Positions 37,321-51,894 are shown, counted from the first letter of the stretch. The stretch: 64,000 nucleotides of DNA from Bigelowiella natans CCMP2755 (GCA_000320545.1 ADNK01001814.1:1-64000), one strand, 5' to 3'. Translations and numbers: made by a program. The notes: generated by a model not told the origin, from the sequence alone.

Positions 37321-38688
37321 GATAGCGTTCATTCATCAGAGGAGATCGTCAAAATGGGGCTACTGTCGTCTTGGCTATTTGTGTGTGTGTGTGTGTGTGT
37401 GTGTGCGTGCGTGCGTGTGTTTATGAGAGGACACGCGCACGTTTGTATGTATATGCGTGTGCGTGTTAGCGGTGCTCTGTGCGGATAAACCGTAAATATG
37501 CGACTTTGGGATCTGTATTGTGTAATTACAGAGCCTCGAATACATTCTTCGTTGTGTTTCCTTTGAAATTAATTTATTTCCTCTCGCCTTTTCTCTCCCT
37601 CTTGCCTGTCCCTCCCGGCTTTCCGCCCTTTATGTCACCCCCCCCCCCTCCCCTGCCCTGTTGGTTCTCTCTCGCTCTCTCTCCCTCCCTTCACACCGTT
37701 GCCTTCTTAGTGTATAAAGCATTGCGATGATATTCTTGTCGCGTTCGTGCAGAGGAATGTTGCTTTAGGATATGCACAGGTCAGCAGTTATTATTGCCCC
37801 CACCATCATGTATCATGTTCATGTAGATGAGCAGGACGTGGAGCGAGGGGGGGGGGCAATGCCCCTCGCGGATTTCGCATTTTATGTCATTGCGTCGCCT
37901 ATGTTGATAGCCATTATGATGTGTGTCCTCAAAATGTGACTTTATGATTCGTGATTGGCCATCGTACAGGGCCTCAACTATGTTGTTTATTTCCTTCTCG
38001 GGTTCTTGGACCCCGAATCGGTAGTTCTCGTCGCCGTCATCGTTGTCGTAGTAGTTGTAGTTGTAGCGAAGGCGCTGCTCTCTTCACCTCTTATGCTCAC
38101 TCGGTTACTATTACGAAGGCCGTGGAAATCACGATCAAGGCGTTTTTCAATATTTCCACAACTAACAGCGACAGCTTAGCTCCAGCTAACACAGTCAATA
38201 CACTCCGAGAGATCTTTATTCTGATACTCCCCCTTCCCCCCGGTGTTTCTTGATCCCGTTCAGGTTTTCTGGCTTTTATGCACGATGGTGGAGAACATTC
38301 GCCTTCCAGGTATAACGGAGTGCGATTATTTTGTGCTCGGTTTTGCTATAGCGAAGAATCAGCGCACCGAAGAGGGAGAGAATTCGAGCAAAGAAGAAGA
38401 AGAAGATGGATTTTTCTTCCCCACCTAGGAAACACTACTTCCTGTGTTTGTTATTCTCTTACAATAAACCGCCAATCCAGCAGCTGTTTTCGCTGTCTCT
38501 TGCTTATCTCTCTTTCTCTCTCTCTCCCTCCTCCCCCACTATCTTTTGGTAATCCTCCTCCACGCTGCTGCTGCTGCTGCTACAACTACCGCTACTACCG
38601 TAGATTTCTATGCCCCCGTGCCATCCCCTCTGAATGGATTTCAAATTGAAGCGAAGACCCTTCTAGAAGTTGCGGAGGTTGGGATTAA

Positions 38689-38772
<84 letters not shown>

Positions 38773-38855
38773 AAACACACACACACACACACACACACAC
38801 ATGAATTACATGTATTATATGATATATAGAACAAAAACAGCTAATTTAAAGATAT

Positions 38856-38914
<59 letters not shown>

Positions 38915-40101
38915 CGTCTCCAAAAAAAGATGGAGGAGAGTCTTCTCCGCCTTCTCTGATCACAAACCGCCGAACCCCCAATCGCACTCCTCTTTCAGAT
39001 AACAGAGCGCAAGGCCATTCAATCAGCTGCGACAAACAACACGAAGACCTCCATGGACGACTCTGGATCAAATCCGAATACCAAAACGAACAGTAATTTT
39101 CACGATTTCGATGCCGCCGCGATTTGAATCCATCCCCCCCCCCCCCCCCCCTCGTTCCTCGATCATACCTGTGAATTACAACAACGATGCTCTCGGTAAC
39201 TCAGAGCAAAGATCTCCTAGCAACGTGAGCATAAGGAGCGGCAGCATATTCGCGATGTTAACCGGCAGAAAGCAGGTCGATCCCCTCCCACCCAACCCCC
39301 CCTTCCTAGCCTACCGAGCAAGGAGCGATATGCATCATCGAAACCAGCTCTAAATAAACCCTCAAACTTCTAAAAAGAGTCTTTTCCGGCGCGTAGGAAC
39401 TCAAACAGCGTCTCCTGGAGGCTGAGGACGAAAACTGCGAGCGAATAGGAGGGGAATTAGGCGTGTTGTACCAGAAAACAACCGAGTGGATGATCCCGAT
39501 GTTCCTTACGGTGTGTGGGGGGGCATGTGATGGGAAGAAAGCTTGATTTGCCAGTCGAACAGCCTCGCCAGCACAGGGGGGGGGGAAGGCGGCATGAGCT
39601 CGAATAGCATCGCCCATGTTGTCGCAGTGCGCAGATCGCCTTTATGCGTGTTAAGCTTGCGGGTGGTGACTCTGAGTGATGAGCGTAATGAGGGTTTCGA
39701 TGCCTTTCCTTACTGCATACTTGCGTCGTCGTTGTCACCATCGATCTTGCTGGATTATCAGGTTGTGGCATTGCATCCTAGCATCATGATTATCGACAAC
39801 TTCTTCGATCTCTACCCCGATCTGGAGGAGCTTTACCCCGACCCCAATGCCGCTAGTGCGGAGGCGAAAAAGCAGGGGAAGAAGACAACGGAGGTGGGCA
39901 GGGGCGGGGAGGGGGGCGGGGGGGTAGGAGAATAGTTGAGCATCCTGATGAACGTCACTCACCGTGATGATGCTGCTGCTGGAATATGCTTCTTTTGAAT
40001 GAGGAGGATGATGGGTTATGCTGTGCGTGTACTTGCGGAGTATGATCCCTGTGAAGCTTGTGTGTTTCAATGGATGATGAACATCTGAGATGGCCCGTGT
40101 G

Positions 40102-40173
<72 letters not shown>

Positions 40174-40566
40174 ACTGTTTAGAAGGTAAAGTACATCGAA
40201 AGCCCGACGGGGGAGGGGCCTCGTGCACAGAGACTGCACTCGGTCATCGATTTACAGCAGGATGGTGGATGTTGGTGATGATGATGGTGGTGATGGGTTT
40301 GATGATGGTGAACACACACATACACACACAGAATGCAAGGGGAGAGAGCCAGCGAGAGAGAATATGAGACTATAGTCCCTTCGTCCCTCCGCACACCTCC
40401 TGATTGACAAGTGTCGTTGTTGTTGTTGTTGTTGTTGTTGTTGCTGGTCTGGCGATGGGGCAAAACATAATCCAGAGCGCTTCGACAGCCGGGCAAGAGG
40501 CGTGGGCTCTGGTGGAGGAGTTTGATGTCCATCCGAGGGTAGGGTCGCTCCTAGTTGTAGTTGTTA

Positions 40567-40601
<35 letters not shown>

Positions 40602-40652
40602 TGTAGTAGTAGTACCAGTGGTAGTGGTGGTGTGTATATTGCATTCAATTCT

Positions 40653-40689
<37 letters not shown>

Positions 40690-41441
40690 CGTATGCATGA
40701 TATTGCTTGTGATTTGTGTTGAGCGATTTGCACAAGATTCAATCTGGTTATTCTTGGCTATTTTCGTCCATACTTCCCCCAGCTCATTCTTCTTTCTCAC
40801 ATCCCCCCCCCCCACCCCTTTTCTTCTTCATCACTATCAGATCGGTTCTGGAGAGGCCGTCGTATATTGCACATTCTTAGCAACGATGGACCTCGTCAAG
40901 GGCCGATTGGAAAACACAGAGGATATGGAAGCTAGAGAGAGCTTCAGGTGTGTGGTTTCATTGACTACAGCTATTATTTATCACAGCAACTTAACTCTCG
41001 CTCTCGGTCTCTCTTTAATATCAATATAACGCCTACTTCCACTCTTCAACACGTCCTAATCCCTGCCTCCCCGGGTATTCGAATCAAAAATGGGTCAAGT
41101 ATCACGCTCTTTTGCGCGACAAATTCGTGGTTCTCTCTTCGTTGCTGTGCTTTGATTCGTGTCCAAATGCCTCCTCTCCTTGTCCCTCCTCTTTGTTTTC
41201 CTTCTTCCAGGTGATAATCAGCGAGGAGGAGCTCATAGAAATGCACAAAGACTTCCAATTTCTGTAAGTAGTTGTAGTATTCAGCAGCGCGGCGACCTTG
41301 CAATCCCTCTGAACAGTGTTATTAGTAGCCTGAAGAAACATGATGATAGAGCTGGGGCTGCGGATAAGCAATGATGCCCTCCTCACATCAGACACCGTGT
41401 AAATGGGGAAAATACCCTTCAACGACAACGACGATGATGAA

Positions 41442-41475
<34 letters not shown>

Positions 41476-42332
41476 CTATCACGATTACAATTTCGCTACA
41501 TATTTGCGTTTTAATAAACGAAAAATGCTAACACGACTGTTTCTAATGAATCACAGGTATAAGAAGTCGGAGCCAGGAATGTCGCGGACGGAGTTCTATC
41601 GCCTGTTGCTCACGTTTCCAACTCTATTTCCCAAGGGGAAAATGGGACGAGCAAAGTCGTAAATCGCTACCCAAACACACCATGTGCATAAGGCGACAGC
41701 AGTCAAATATAAATAGCGTTACTATATTCCCCCCCCCCCCCTCCCCCCCACCCTCCTACTTCTACTCAGAAATGACAAGAAGCGCCTGAGTGCTGGGGCA
41801 AGTGGACACTACCCTGCCTCCGCCTCGCCGAACGTTTTCAGGCAGCTATCCCGGAGCAAGTCGAACGGTGGGGGGGGGGGTGGGCAGGACCGCGTCGTCG
41901 GGCGCGTCGACATCCTCCAGGCCATCTTCGACGCAACCGACCGCGACAAGGGCGGGTTTGTAAGCTTCAAAGAACTCGTCTGCACGCTCGCAATTCTCTG
42001 CGCGCACAACACGACGAGCCACTTGCGGCTGGTTTTCGACGCTTTTGACGACACCAAGAGCGGCTACCTGAACTGGCGCAACCTCATGGAGATCTCACGG
42101 TGGCTCGTTGAGCGACGATTCTTCAATAAAGAGGTGGAGGGGGCGGACTCAAAGAAGGCCACAACGGCGGCGACGGCATCGTCGCAGCAAGAGCCGCGGA
42201 GATCTGCTGGATCAAAGCATATACGGGGCGCGGAAGGGACGACGAAAAAATCGATAGAACAGCTCAAAAACGAGCGGAGAAAGGACTTTCGACAGATGGT
42301 AGTGACAATGTGCAAATGTAGTTATCAGCGGC

Positions 42333-42380
<48 letters not shown>

Positions 42381-43754
42381 CTCTCTCTCCTTTTTAGCCG
42401 TATTTCGTGTGTTGATTGACTTATAAAACCCCGAGAAGAGTATTTTGCTGCTAGTGGTGGTGCTGCTGCTGCTGCTAGCAATTCCGACACACTACGAGTT
42501 ACCACGCCGCATTGATTTTGATTGCAATTGTTCTTCCCGCAGGTGCAGCTCCTGCGCGGGCTGGACACGAGCGGAAACCGCAAGCTGAGCTTCCCGGAGT
42601 TCAGCAACGGGATCGAGCGAACCCCCATCCTGAAGAGACGCATCTTCGAGTTCAAGACCTCCATGAAGGAGGCGAGGGAGCGAATCGACTTCCGCGTGAA
42701 GGTGAAGAAAGAACAGTCCCAGCTCAATATCCAGATCAACTCCGTGCAAGGAGTCACGGGCAGCGGCACGGTGTGTTGCGTGATGGAGGTCTCGGAACTG
42801 CTCGCACAGAGGCGTGCACCGATTGACAAGAAGAAAGCAGCCGCCGCCGCCACCGCCGCCGGCGCGGGGCGAGGGGGGGGGGCAGGAGAGAAGGCGTCGA
42901 AGAGTAAGCATAGCAGTACAACGCGGGGGGCTCAGAATACAGCTACCACGCCAAACGCTCACAAAGCCGGCAGTAGCACAGCGACAGCGGGAGGCAATGC
43001 CGCCTTCCCCTCCCTCGCAGATAGCAGTAGCAGCGCCAAAAAGGAAACAGTAGCAGCAGCAGCATCTTCAGGGGGTACTGCTAGCAGCGATAGGGTAGAG
43101 GAGAGGCCAGTGATGAGAGCGACGAAGAGAACGAAGAAACATAAGGTTATCTGGGGGCCGTGGGAGACTCGGTACTGTCATTATCGGCCATTGCTTTCAT
43201 CATCATTTATCACCATCATCACCGTCAGAATCATCATCATCATCATTACCATCAAGAATCATCACCGTTATCATCATCATCATCATCCACCACCACCGCC
43301 GGCATCATTATTCTCCACATCGCCATCCCATCACCAACCTGCCAACAGCACCCGCTCTCACAATGCACTTGCGACCTAGAGTTACACATCGTAGCGAGCA
43401 GGGCGGTGAGAGCATATGTGCGCCTAGAGTGGAAAAAAAAATAAATAACGTCGAAATTCGATCCACGTCCCGAAAGAGACGGGAGGATATCGATAGTTTT
43501 TGGTCTGGCGAGACGACGAGCCATGTGTGCGTGTTGTCCGCCTCAAGACGAAAAGACATTTTTCCACCTTACGCTAAAAATCAGGCTCTCTTTCAGCTGA
43601 TTCGATTCTTTCATTCCGAGGTGCACTTTTTGATTTTTAACCCCCCCACTCAATTGCCCCCCACCCTCTCCCCCCACCCCCTCTCTCCCGCGTTTTTTTC
43701 ATGCGAAGGTACCGATCGAAAGGCAAGAACGCTGATGTGGACGACGCTATGGGT

Positions 43755-43798
<44 letters not shown>

Positions 43799-43815
43799 AA
43801 TTCTTCATATTCTTT

Positions 43816-43868
<53 letters not shown>

Positions 43869-44120
43869 CGTGTGTGTGTGTGTGTGTATAAATATACATA
43901 TACAAAATAAGCGAGTAATGAGGTGACGTTTGTCGAATTTTCCGATGTTTTGGGGCATTGCTGGGCGATAATGAAATGGCACAGGAACGGTAGAAATCGG
44001 ATTTCGTACGAATATGACTCTTGAATACGGGAAGTCTCTAGATCGTCTCCGGGTGTCAGTCAAGGTAACTCGATTATCATTGATCGATCACAGAGATGGG
44101 ATTGTCTTCTGCTAGAATTA

Positions 44121-44178
<58 letters not shown>

Positions 44179-45549
44179 TCTTTCTAAGCGTACTCATGTG
44201 CATGGGAAGGTTAGCCTCGATGCTGAATTAACGTTAAAATCTTTGTAATATTAAATCAGATCAAACGAAGATCGGGCGTCGTGTTTGTCAATGTAGTACC
44301 GATAAGATGACATCGCCGAGCATTAGTTATAAATATGCTAGTGTGTGTGTGTGTGTGTGTGCGCGCGCGCGCGCGTGGAAATTAAAAATAAATAAATAAC
44401 GACTCGCGTAAACACATGCGTGCGCGTCGTCAAACGTATAGCAGAGAGAGTGCCACCACAATGAGAGAACGGCGACGGTTACTTATGGTGGATGGTTTGG
44501 ATAATTAGGAGGAAGAATGCGCGTCAGGAACATACGCCTTTGGCGCTCTTTCCAAAGAGGTCATCGTAAATCTCGAATCTCTAACTCCGCCATATATCGA
44601 TTTACTTCTCTATCACCATTCACGTTTCATACTCCCCCCGCGCGCACTCCCTCTTCCTGTTTGGTGTTGCTGATGCTTCCGAATTGGCCTGGCAGGTGTG
44701 GGAGAATCAGGAGCCTTTTGATATTTCCTTCCCAGTGCAAGGACCTAAGGTAGTCAGACGTAGCAGAGGGGGGGGGGGGGGGGGGGAAGGGGGTAGGTGA
44801 CGTAAGGGAATAGGAGCGATAAAACATTTGTTGGAGGAGTGCAGTTAATAGTTCGGACTCTTTTGTAAGCAACGGTGTAGCTCAGAATCCGAAGACAATC
44901 AGAGTAGTAGTAGTAGTAGTAGTAGTAGCTTTAAGCAGTTTGGTAATGGAATTCGTAGCGTTGTCCGTCATCTTCTCTCTTGTATGTGCTTCATCACCGC
45001 TGCTGCTTGCTGTTGTCCCAGGTGTCTGGCAAGGTCCATATGACCTTTTGCTACAAGAAAGTAAGTCACACCATAAGAGGATCTACATCGATGATAGTTG
45101 GCCTCGATGCGATGCAGAGAGAAACGCGCACCTTAGAAGGACGAAGTTGATGCTAGTAAATCGCTATTTACGGTGTTAGTGCGCAATTTGCTTGGAGATC
45201 TATCGAGTCCTGGGCCTTGGAAAATATGCTTTTCCTCCTCCGTGTTGTCGTTTCTCATTTGTATGCAAAACAATCCATAGGAATGGGATGAGGAGGTGAA
45301 GCGGAACAAGCAGGCTTTAGAAAACATACAGGTGGTTCGTCGTCATAAGAAGAGAGGCGAAATTGCCAGCCTGAAACATGCTAGTGCCTTGAAAACATTT
45401 GGGTCACGAATACTACGAATAATGAAGGATCGTCTAGTTTTCTAAAATGTAGCAGCAAGGTCCCTCCTTCCCCCTCACCTTGCCTAATCATTGGTTTTTG
45501 TGGGTATATTTTCGATATGAAGGCATTGTTCGGAACCCAAATGATATAG
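34881..45549 (+). CDS. TBC (Rab-GAP) domain protein with EF-hands and a C-terminal C2-like domain; 5' end uncertain
   Basis: TBC: RRWLNCSGA, QIALDLRRT, ILVAFVQRNVALGYAQ|GLNYVVYFLL, VFWLLCTMVE, DFY...LNGFQIE. EF-hands: DRDKGGFVSFKE, DDTKSGYLNWRN, DTSGNRKLSFPE. C2-like: LNIQINSVQGV...LRVSVK|VWEN...GKVHMTFCY. Stop TAG at 45547-45549. Linkage of exons 34881-36300 to the TBC core is less certain. Confidence 0.8.
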
Positions 45550-45834
45550 TCGCGGCGGCAGTAGCAAGGACTGCCCAGCAACGGCGCCAATCAGTTTCGA
45601 TGATGTTCATTAGTTTGTGCGCGAGAGAAGTCATTATGCTAAATATCATTACGCATCTACGCAATATGCGATGTAAAATAAATTTTATAAAAATTAAAAA
45701 TTCTACATGCGTCTACGTGGGAACTTGTCACGATGACTAGATGAAGCAACACAGCGACGAAGGTGCCTTGCTCGCATGATGCGCATGGAGAAATAATAAA
45801 AAATGGAGAACGCTGAACGGCCTCACAATAATTT

Positions 45835-48800
45835 GGAACGTGTCCCCCACAAATGCAAGAGACAGAGTAGAAGTTTGTTTTGCTGCGCGAGAAAGTTGCA
45901 TGTTCAGTTTGCAGTTCGCCAAATTGGCAGACACTGTCTGCAGCAAGATGATGTGAACATGCAGACTCAGTGCACACAGCTAGCTAGCTGCAATGATGGA
46001 CAGCTACTGTCCTCATTGAAAACCCTTGTCATTGCCATCTTCATCATCATCATGAGCTAGCATGCAATTGGAGTTTGCGTGGACTTCATCCCACCACGCC
46101 AGCACGCATGTGAGCCTGAAGCGAAGAAGAAGTTGAGAGGGGCAGAGATGGCATTGACGAATCATGCTAGCATGGTTTGCCCTGAAGCAAACAATGAAAG
46201 AATGACAATGAACTGCATCTGCAAAAGTGTTGCAAGACACTTGCAGTGCACGAAACGCAGTGGCCTCGAACTAGCTTTGGTCGAGGTCAAACTGGTGAAA
46301 CCAGCAGGATTTCAAGTGAACAATGAACAATGGACAATGACGCTCTGACCCATCGGTACAAGAGTCTGTTCCTCCAATGAACAATGAACAAAGCGTTGAT
46401 TAGATCGACATGCGCCAGAACCACATGGGAGACAGGCGTTTGCATGCAGCAGAGCCTCAACAAACAAACACTCGTTGCAAGGACATCGGTTGTCACGCAC
46501 CTCTTTCGATGCTGTCATTCCAGCAAGTTTCCATTTTCACTGTCATCGCCTTGAGCGAGGAGGGTGCGACAACAGATTTTGTCAGATTTTCTCTAGTTTC
46601 CAATTTTCCTTCTGTTTCTTAGGAATTCCCCCTTCAATTTGATGAAAATGGCATTTGGCGAATGTCAGGAATAGTAACGCCGGAAACAACCAACCCCATC
46701 TTCGCTGAATTTTTCACCTTCGCGCTGTGTGAGTCGCATGGAGAGATTCAATGATGTCGTTTGATTGAGTGCGGAACCTGATGGTTGTTTGTGAATGTGT
46801 GTTGTGTTACTTTGGTTTTGATCATCAACCCATGGGTGTTTCTGCTTCGATTTGGCTTTATCTGGTTTTGTTGCTCTGGCGTTCACGTCTTAGTATGTAA
46901 GTATCCGATTAGATGAGATATTTGATATTTGTTATTGTTTGATTCTAGATAACAATCGTTTGTAATATGCATAAGCCACAGTACGATAGTACGTGTAGAA
47001 CATTGAGTAATAGTAACACTTTTGTGTCTGCATTGTGTGTTTGTGGTGTGAGTTGCATGGAGAGATTCAATGATGTCGTTTGCCAGAGTGCGGAACCTGA
47101 TGGTTGTTGGTGAATGTGTGTTGTGTTGCTTTGGTTTGGATCATCAACCCATGGGTGTTTCTGCTTTGATTTGGCTTTATCTGGTTTTGTTGCTTTGGCG
47201 TTCACGTCTTAGTATGTAAGTATCCGATTAGATGAGATATTTGATATTTGTCATTGTTTGATTCTAGATAACAATAGTTTGTAGTATGTTTAAGTCATGG
47301 TAAGTTTAGAACATTGTTAAATACAGTTTGGATGTTTTTGTATTGCTTCGACGCATCCATTCATGTGTTAATTTTGTTGCGAATTGTTCTAATGAATTGT
47401 AGGTCGTTTGAAAGATACACATAGGTGTACATGTGCATATGCATACATGTATGCATTGTGTTTGATTTGCACGGTTAAAGTCGTTGTGTGAATCACAACA
47501 AAAGATGACATCTGTTTCCTCTTGTTTTCATGCGAATTATTTTCTCATGATCATCTAGCCGTTGAACTCTGCAGCAGCACCATTTTGATTTGTGTGAATT
47601 TTTGCATTCAATTTTTCCTTTTTGTTTTGAAAGTGGAAATGCTGTGGATGCAAAAATTGTAATTCGACACATTGCAAAAAGTGAGGATGGGAGGTTCATT
47701 CGAAACTGTGCGAAAAAAGACATGGACAGTGATCATGATTATGAGGATGATCAAGATCATCAACGAGACTCTAGCACACTCAACCCGTTCAGAGCGATTT
47801 TGCTCCCAACAAAGCGCACGAGAGAAGGGAAGAGCTCTTGTTGAGCAAAGGTGCACGATCCGGGAGTTGGGCTGCTGAGCAGGGGACAACAATTGAAATT
47901 TTCCGCTCAGTGCCCTGCTGGTTCTAGCCAACTCACACAATTTCTAGTCGATGGTCGAAGTTCATGCAATGCAATATCGATTGCGTGGCACTAGAAAGAG
48001 GTGCAATGAAGATGGTAATCCGACAGAAGTTTCACTTCCGATTCGAAAGGTAGCAATTGTTTGAATTCAAATTTGCTGAATGAAAAGTCTTCGTGGTCAA
48101 CTGCTCTCTTTTTCGAGATGAAGCAACTTGTTTGCATTTGCGCAGCTGTGCACCAGTGCACGCGTTCTGCCAATGCACCCTTCGATCACGGCTCCATTTT
48201 TGCACCATCTGATTCGCACGTACATCATTGTAGTTGCATGTGTGTTCGCATTGCTCAGTTCATGCACAAAATGTTGCATTGCAATGACATGCTAGCACTA
48301 GATGGTTAGCTAGCTAGATAACACTCAAAGTACATGCTACACGCCGTGTAGCATGCTAGCTAGCATGTGGCAACACGTACAGTTGGCACCCTCTACACGT
48401 GCGTAGATCTAGAGATGTCATTTGAACACGCAATGACACGCGCTGTCTAGCTGTGTTGCACATCTATCCTGATGTTTACATCGCATGTGCGCAACTCTCT
48501 CTAGTCGTGATGGCATTTGTACTGACAAGTTCACGTGGGCATGCTAGCATGGGCGGATGATGCAGCAGTTTGTAGTAATATAGTGCACGCATGTTAGAAG
48601 CCCGCTAGCTAGCTTGCATGCATGTGTTGTGCAATGTCTGGATGTCTGGAATGTGCATTTTGCATTGCTAGAATGTGCATCAGCGCATGCTGCATGTGTG
48701 GCTATATGGCAAGCTAGCAAGCTATACCCTCTAGCCCTTGCATCCATTGCTTCAAACAATCATGCAATGCGCACGCTGGCAGCAGCAATGTGATTAAGAA

Positions 48801-48890
48801 CCATGCACAAAAATTGCACGCCCACGGATGACAAATGCATGGCGCAACCAGCTCATCTCACGTGACAAAATGTTCGTCGCTTTGGTCATT
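45835..48890. other. TpA-eroded island with eroded ORF remnants and an internal duplication
   Basis: In 45835-46350 every residual TA is in a TAG, CTA or CTAG context. His/Cys-rich pseudo-ORFs. (CTAG)n runs near 45980, 48310, 48355 and 48605. Confidence 0.85.
46727..47296. repeat. Direct repeat of about 250 bp with a 319-bp period
   Basis: 46727-46975 aligns with 47046-47295; twin ORFs in the track start at 46886 and 47205. Confidence 0.9.
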
Positions 48891-49093
48891 TCAATAATGA
48901 TGCAGACTCCATTTATATAGGATCTAACTATCGTGGGTGTGTGTGAGGGACGGCAATATCCCTTTCTATCGACAGGGAAGAGTCGCTGGAATTGACAACG
49001 ATTTTCGCACTGAAACTATTTTCAACTTGAAAACTAACGTTGGGCGCGTGATGAGCTGATTCTACCGTAAAAATACGCGCCATGGCTGCCGAC

Positions 49094-49714
49094 TCAAGCG
49101 TACCCCCCATCGCATAAAATGCCGTCCATTTTATCGCCGTTCTGGAGGGGAGGAAACACACCCGCTCCGCACCATATAAGTCCAGGCTGATTATCGGCGT
49201 TCCTTAACTTGATCTTCGAGATGCATTTGGCACTCACCAGGACCTACATAATCCCACCATCATTCGTAAGTATGATGACATTAAACAAAAGCGAAGGGAA
49301 ATGGAGGAGGAGAGCGGTAAAATAGGTATTGGCATTGAGCTGTGGACGGAATCCCGAAAACAACGAATATCCCCGCTTGTATTTTTTTTTTAAATGTGTC
49401 TCGTCCAGGCGTTCACCGCCCAGAAATATAGAGAGAGGAGGGGTGAGACGAACCGAGTACAAGAGATATAGAAAGAGAAAAGAGGAAGAGTTAAACAGTT
49501 TATGATGGCGTGGAAATTACGTTGATTATGTCGTATAAACGTCGTTTGGTTGATCTCATCAGCTGCTCATCTTCGATTCTGCCGCGGCATAGGTAACTTG
49601 CGGCGTCATCGAAGCTCACAACCCGGCGAGGAGTTCTGCAAGCATTCCAAATTATGAGAACGTGAGTTCAAGCTTTCAATATTGGATATACGCTCTTGAT
49701 ATGGATTCTCTCTA

Positions 49715-49767
<53 letters not shown>

Positions 49768-51290
49768 TATATATGAGTGTTTGTAGAAAGCAGTATGAAA
49801 AGTTTCCTTGGTCACATAGGATTGAATTCGAAGAATCGATCACCTGAAGAACATCTGGACGAACTGCTTGGTTAGTTGCCCAAGCCCAGAGCGTTTCTTC
49901 ATGGACAGTGCCGCCGACGAGTCCTTCTTTCCCGCGCCAACCCCCTTCCTCCTCCGTTGGGATGACGCTGATCTCTCCATCGACGACGTTGAATCTGTAT
50001 CATCCCCGCACCCGCCGAATACTCCGTAAGTGTGTGAAAGATACGCGCCGATGTTCTTCGCGCCGTGCCAGACGCATTTGTCCCGTCCCAGCGCCGTAAC
50101 GACCCCGACGCTCTCGAGGATGTTTACAATATCATACCTGATGGAGATCAAAGGAGGGGGGGGTGGGAGAGCGAGCAGCGTAAGAGAGGGCGGCGTTGGA
50201 GACGCGTATCGGTTTACCAGCAACTATCGACCAGCTAGTTAAAATTCAAAGAAACCCAACAAAAAAGTGGGCAAACCCCCCCCCCCCCCCCCCCCTCCTT
50301 CTGCGGGTTATCGGTGTCGTCACTCACATGCGACGGCGTCTGGCTCCTAGCATAGCAGCCGATTCATTGAGCTCGAAATGGCCTGCAGAGCCCGTCGCAC
50401 AGGCTTCTCTCTGCTGCATAAACCGTGCACAGAGGGTACCCAGGGAGTTCTCCTTGCGGCTGTATTTGGGTTCTTTAGACGGCTGCTGCTTGGCCAACGA
50501 CGTCGCCATGGGCCGAGGCCCCCTCCCCCTCCCCCCCGAGGCTGATGATGAGCGGTTTGATATGAGAGGCGTTCCTTCTCTCTTCACGTGACCACTTGTC
50601 CCTGCTATCCGCTTTGTTCCAATGGCTACTGCCCCTGATGCTGCTGCTGCTGATGCTATTGCTGGCGAGGAGTTCCCCCGTGGTACCGCCATCGCATTTG
50701 TGAGCACCATTACCTCAGATGCGGGGGGGGGCTGGAAGAAAGCAAACGGGGGTGTGTTTAGTGTTGGAAAGAGGTTCAATGCGGCGTTTGTGGAATCAAA
50801 AGGCCGATGTGTGAGCATTTGCGCGCGTGTGTGGGTGGCGAGGAGTCGGAGGGAAGATGTGGGGAGGGGAGGTCACCTTTGATAAATGCGGTTTCTGCGC
50901 TGGGTGCATCCTTCTATAGATCACGATTCCCTGAGGAGATAATGACGACGATCACGATGATGAGAATGGGAAGGATTTTCCACGTGCCAAACATGCACTC
51001 CTATGCTGCTCGCCTCTTCCTCAAAATGAGCGAAAAGAAACTGAAAGAATAAAGCCCAACACAGAGAGCGATTACGTTGTGCAGGCCGCATATATCGATG
51101 AGATCTTGCCGCGACAACGCCCACAAATCCTCTGCCTCGAAGGCACCAAGTTTGGATATAATCTACGGGGAAAGAGGGCCAGGATGAGGAAATTATAATA
51201 GGCTTTTATATATAATAGGCTTGTTGAAGAAGAAGGGAACTGACGATAATGCGCCAAAAGCCACTTACTTGCCATGTATGTACATGCATG

Positions 51291-51365
<75 letters not shown>

Positions 51366-51862
51366 ACACTATTCATCATCATGAATGGGTTGTTGTTATG
51401 CTGTCAGCGACCTCATCAGGCATTCCTCGAAGCAACGTCTGCGATTTCCTCTCTCCTTCCCGCATCCCTCCCCTTCTGGCTGCATCTTCCTCTGCCAGAT
51501 GTTGCTTTTGGAGAGAGGGGGACGAATCTCTTAGAAACGGCATCTTGAGTCGTTTCGTGAAGCCTTTGGGGAAAATAGGGGAGAATGGTGCATAATAATG
51601 AGAATCTCTCAGCAGCTACCAACAGCGGCATGCTCGTACACAACTCATAGCAATATAGCACTTATTGCATATCAGGGGCCAATAAACCGCACATTCTAAT
51701 CAATCAGTGCCCCCACATCAGCAAAGCCAAACACATCCTCCAAAACATACACGGGGGTGTGGGGGGGAGCTGTTTCAACGAGAACAAAAAGGAAAGAAAA
51801 TGCTCTTCTCACTTTTTGACGTTCGGTACGACTAACCATCGTTCTTCTCCCTCTTTCTTCAT

Positions 51863-51894
<32 letters not shown>

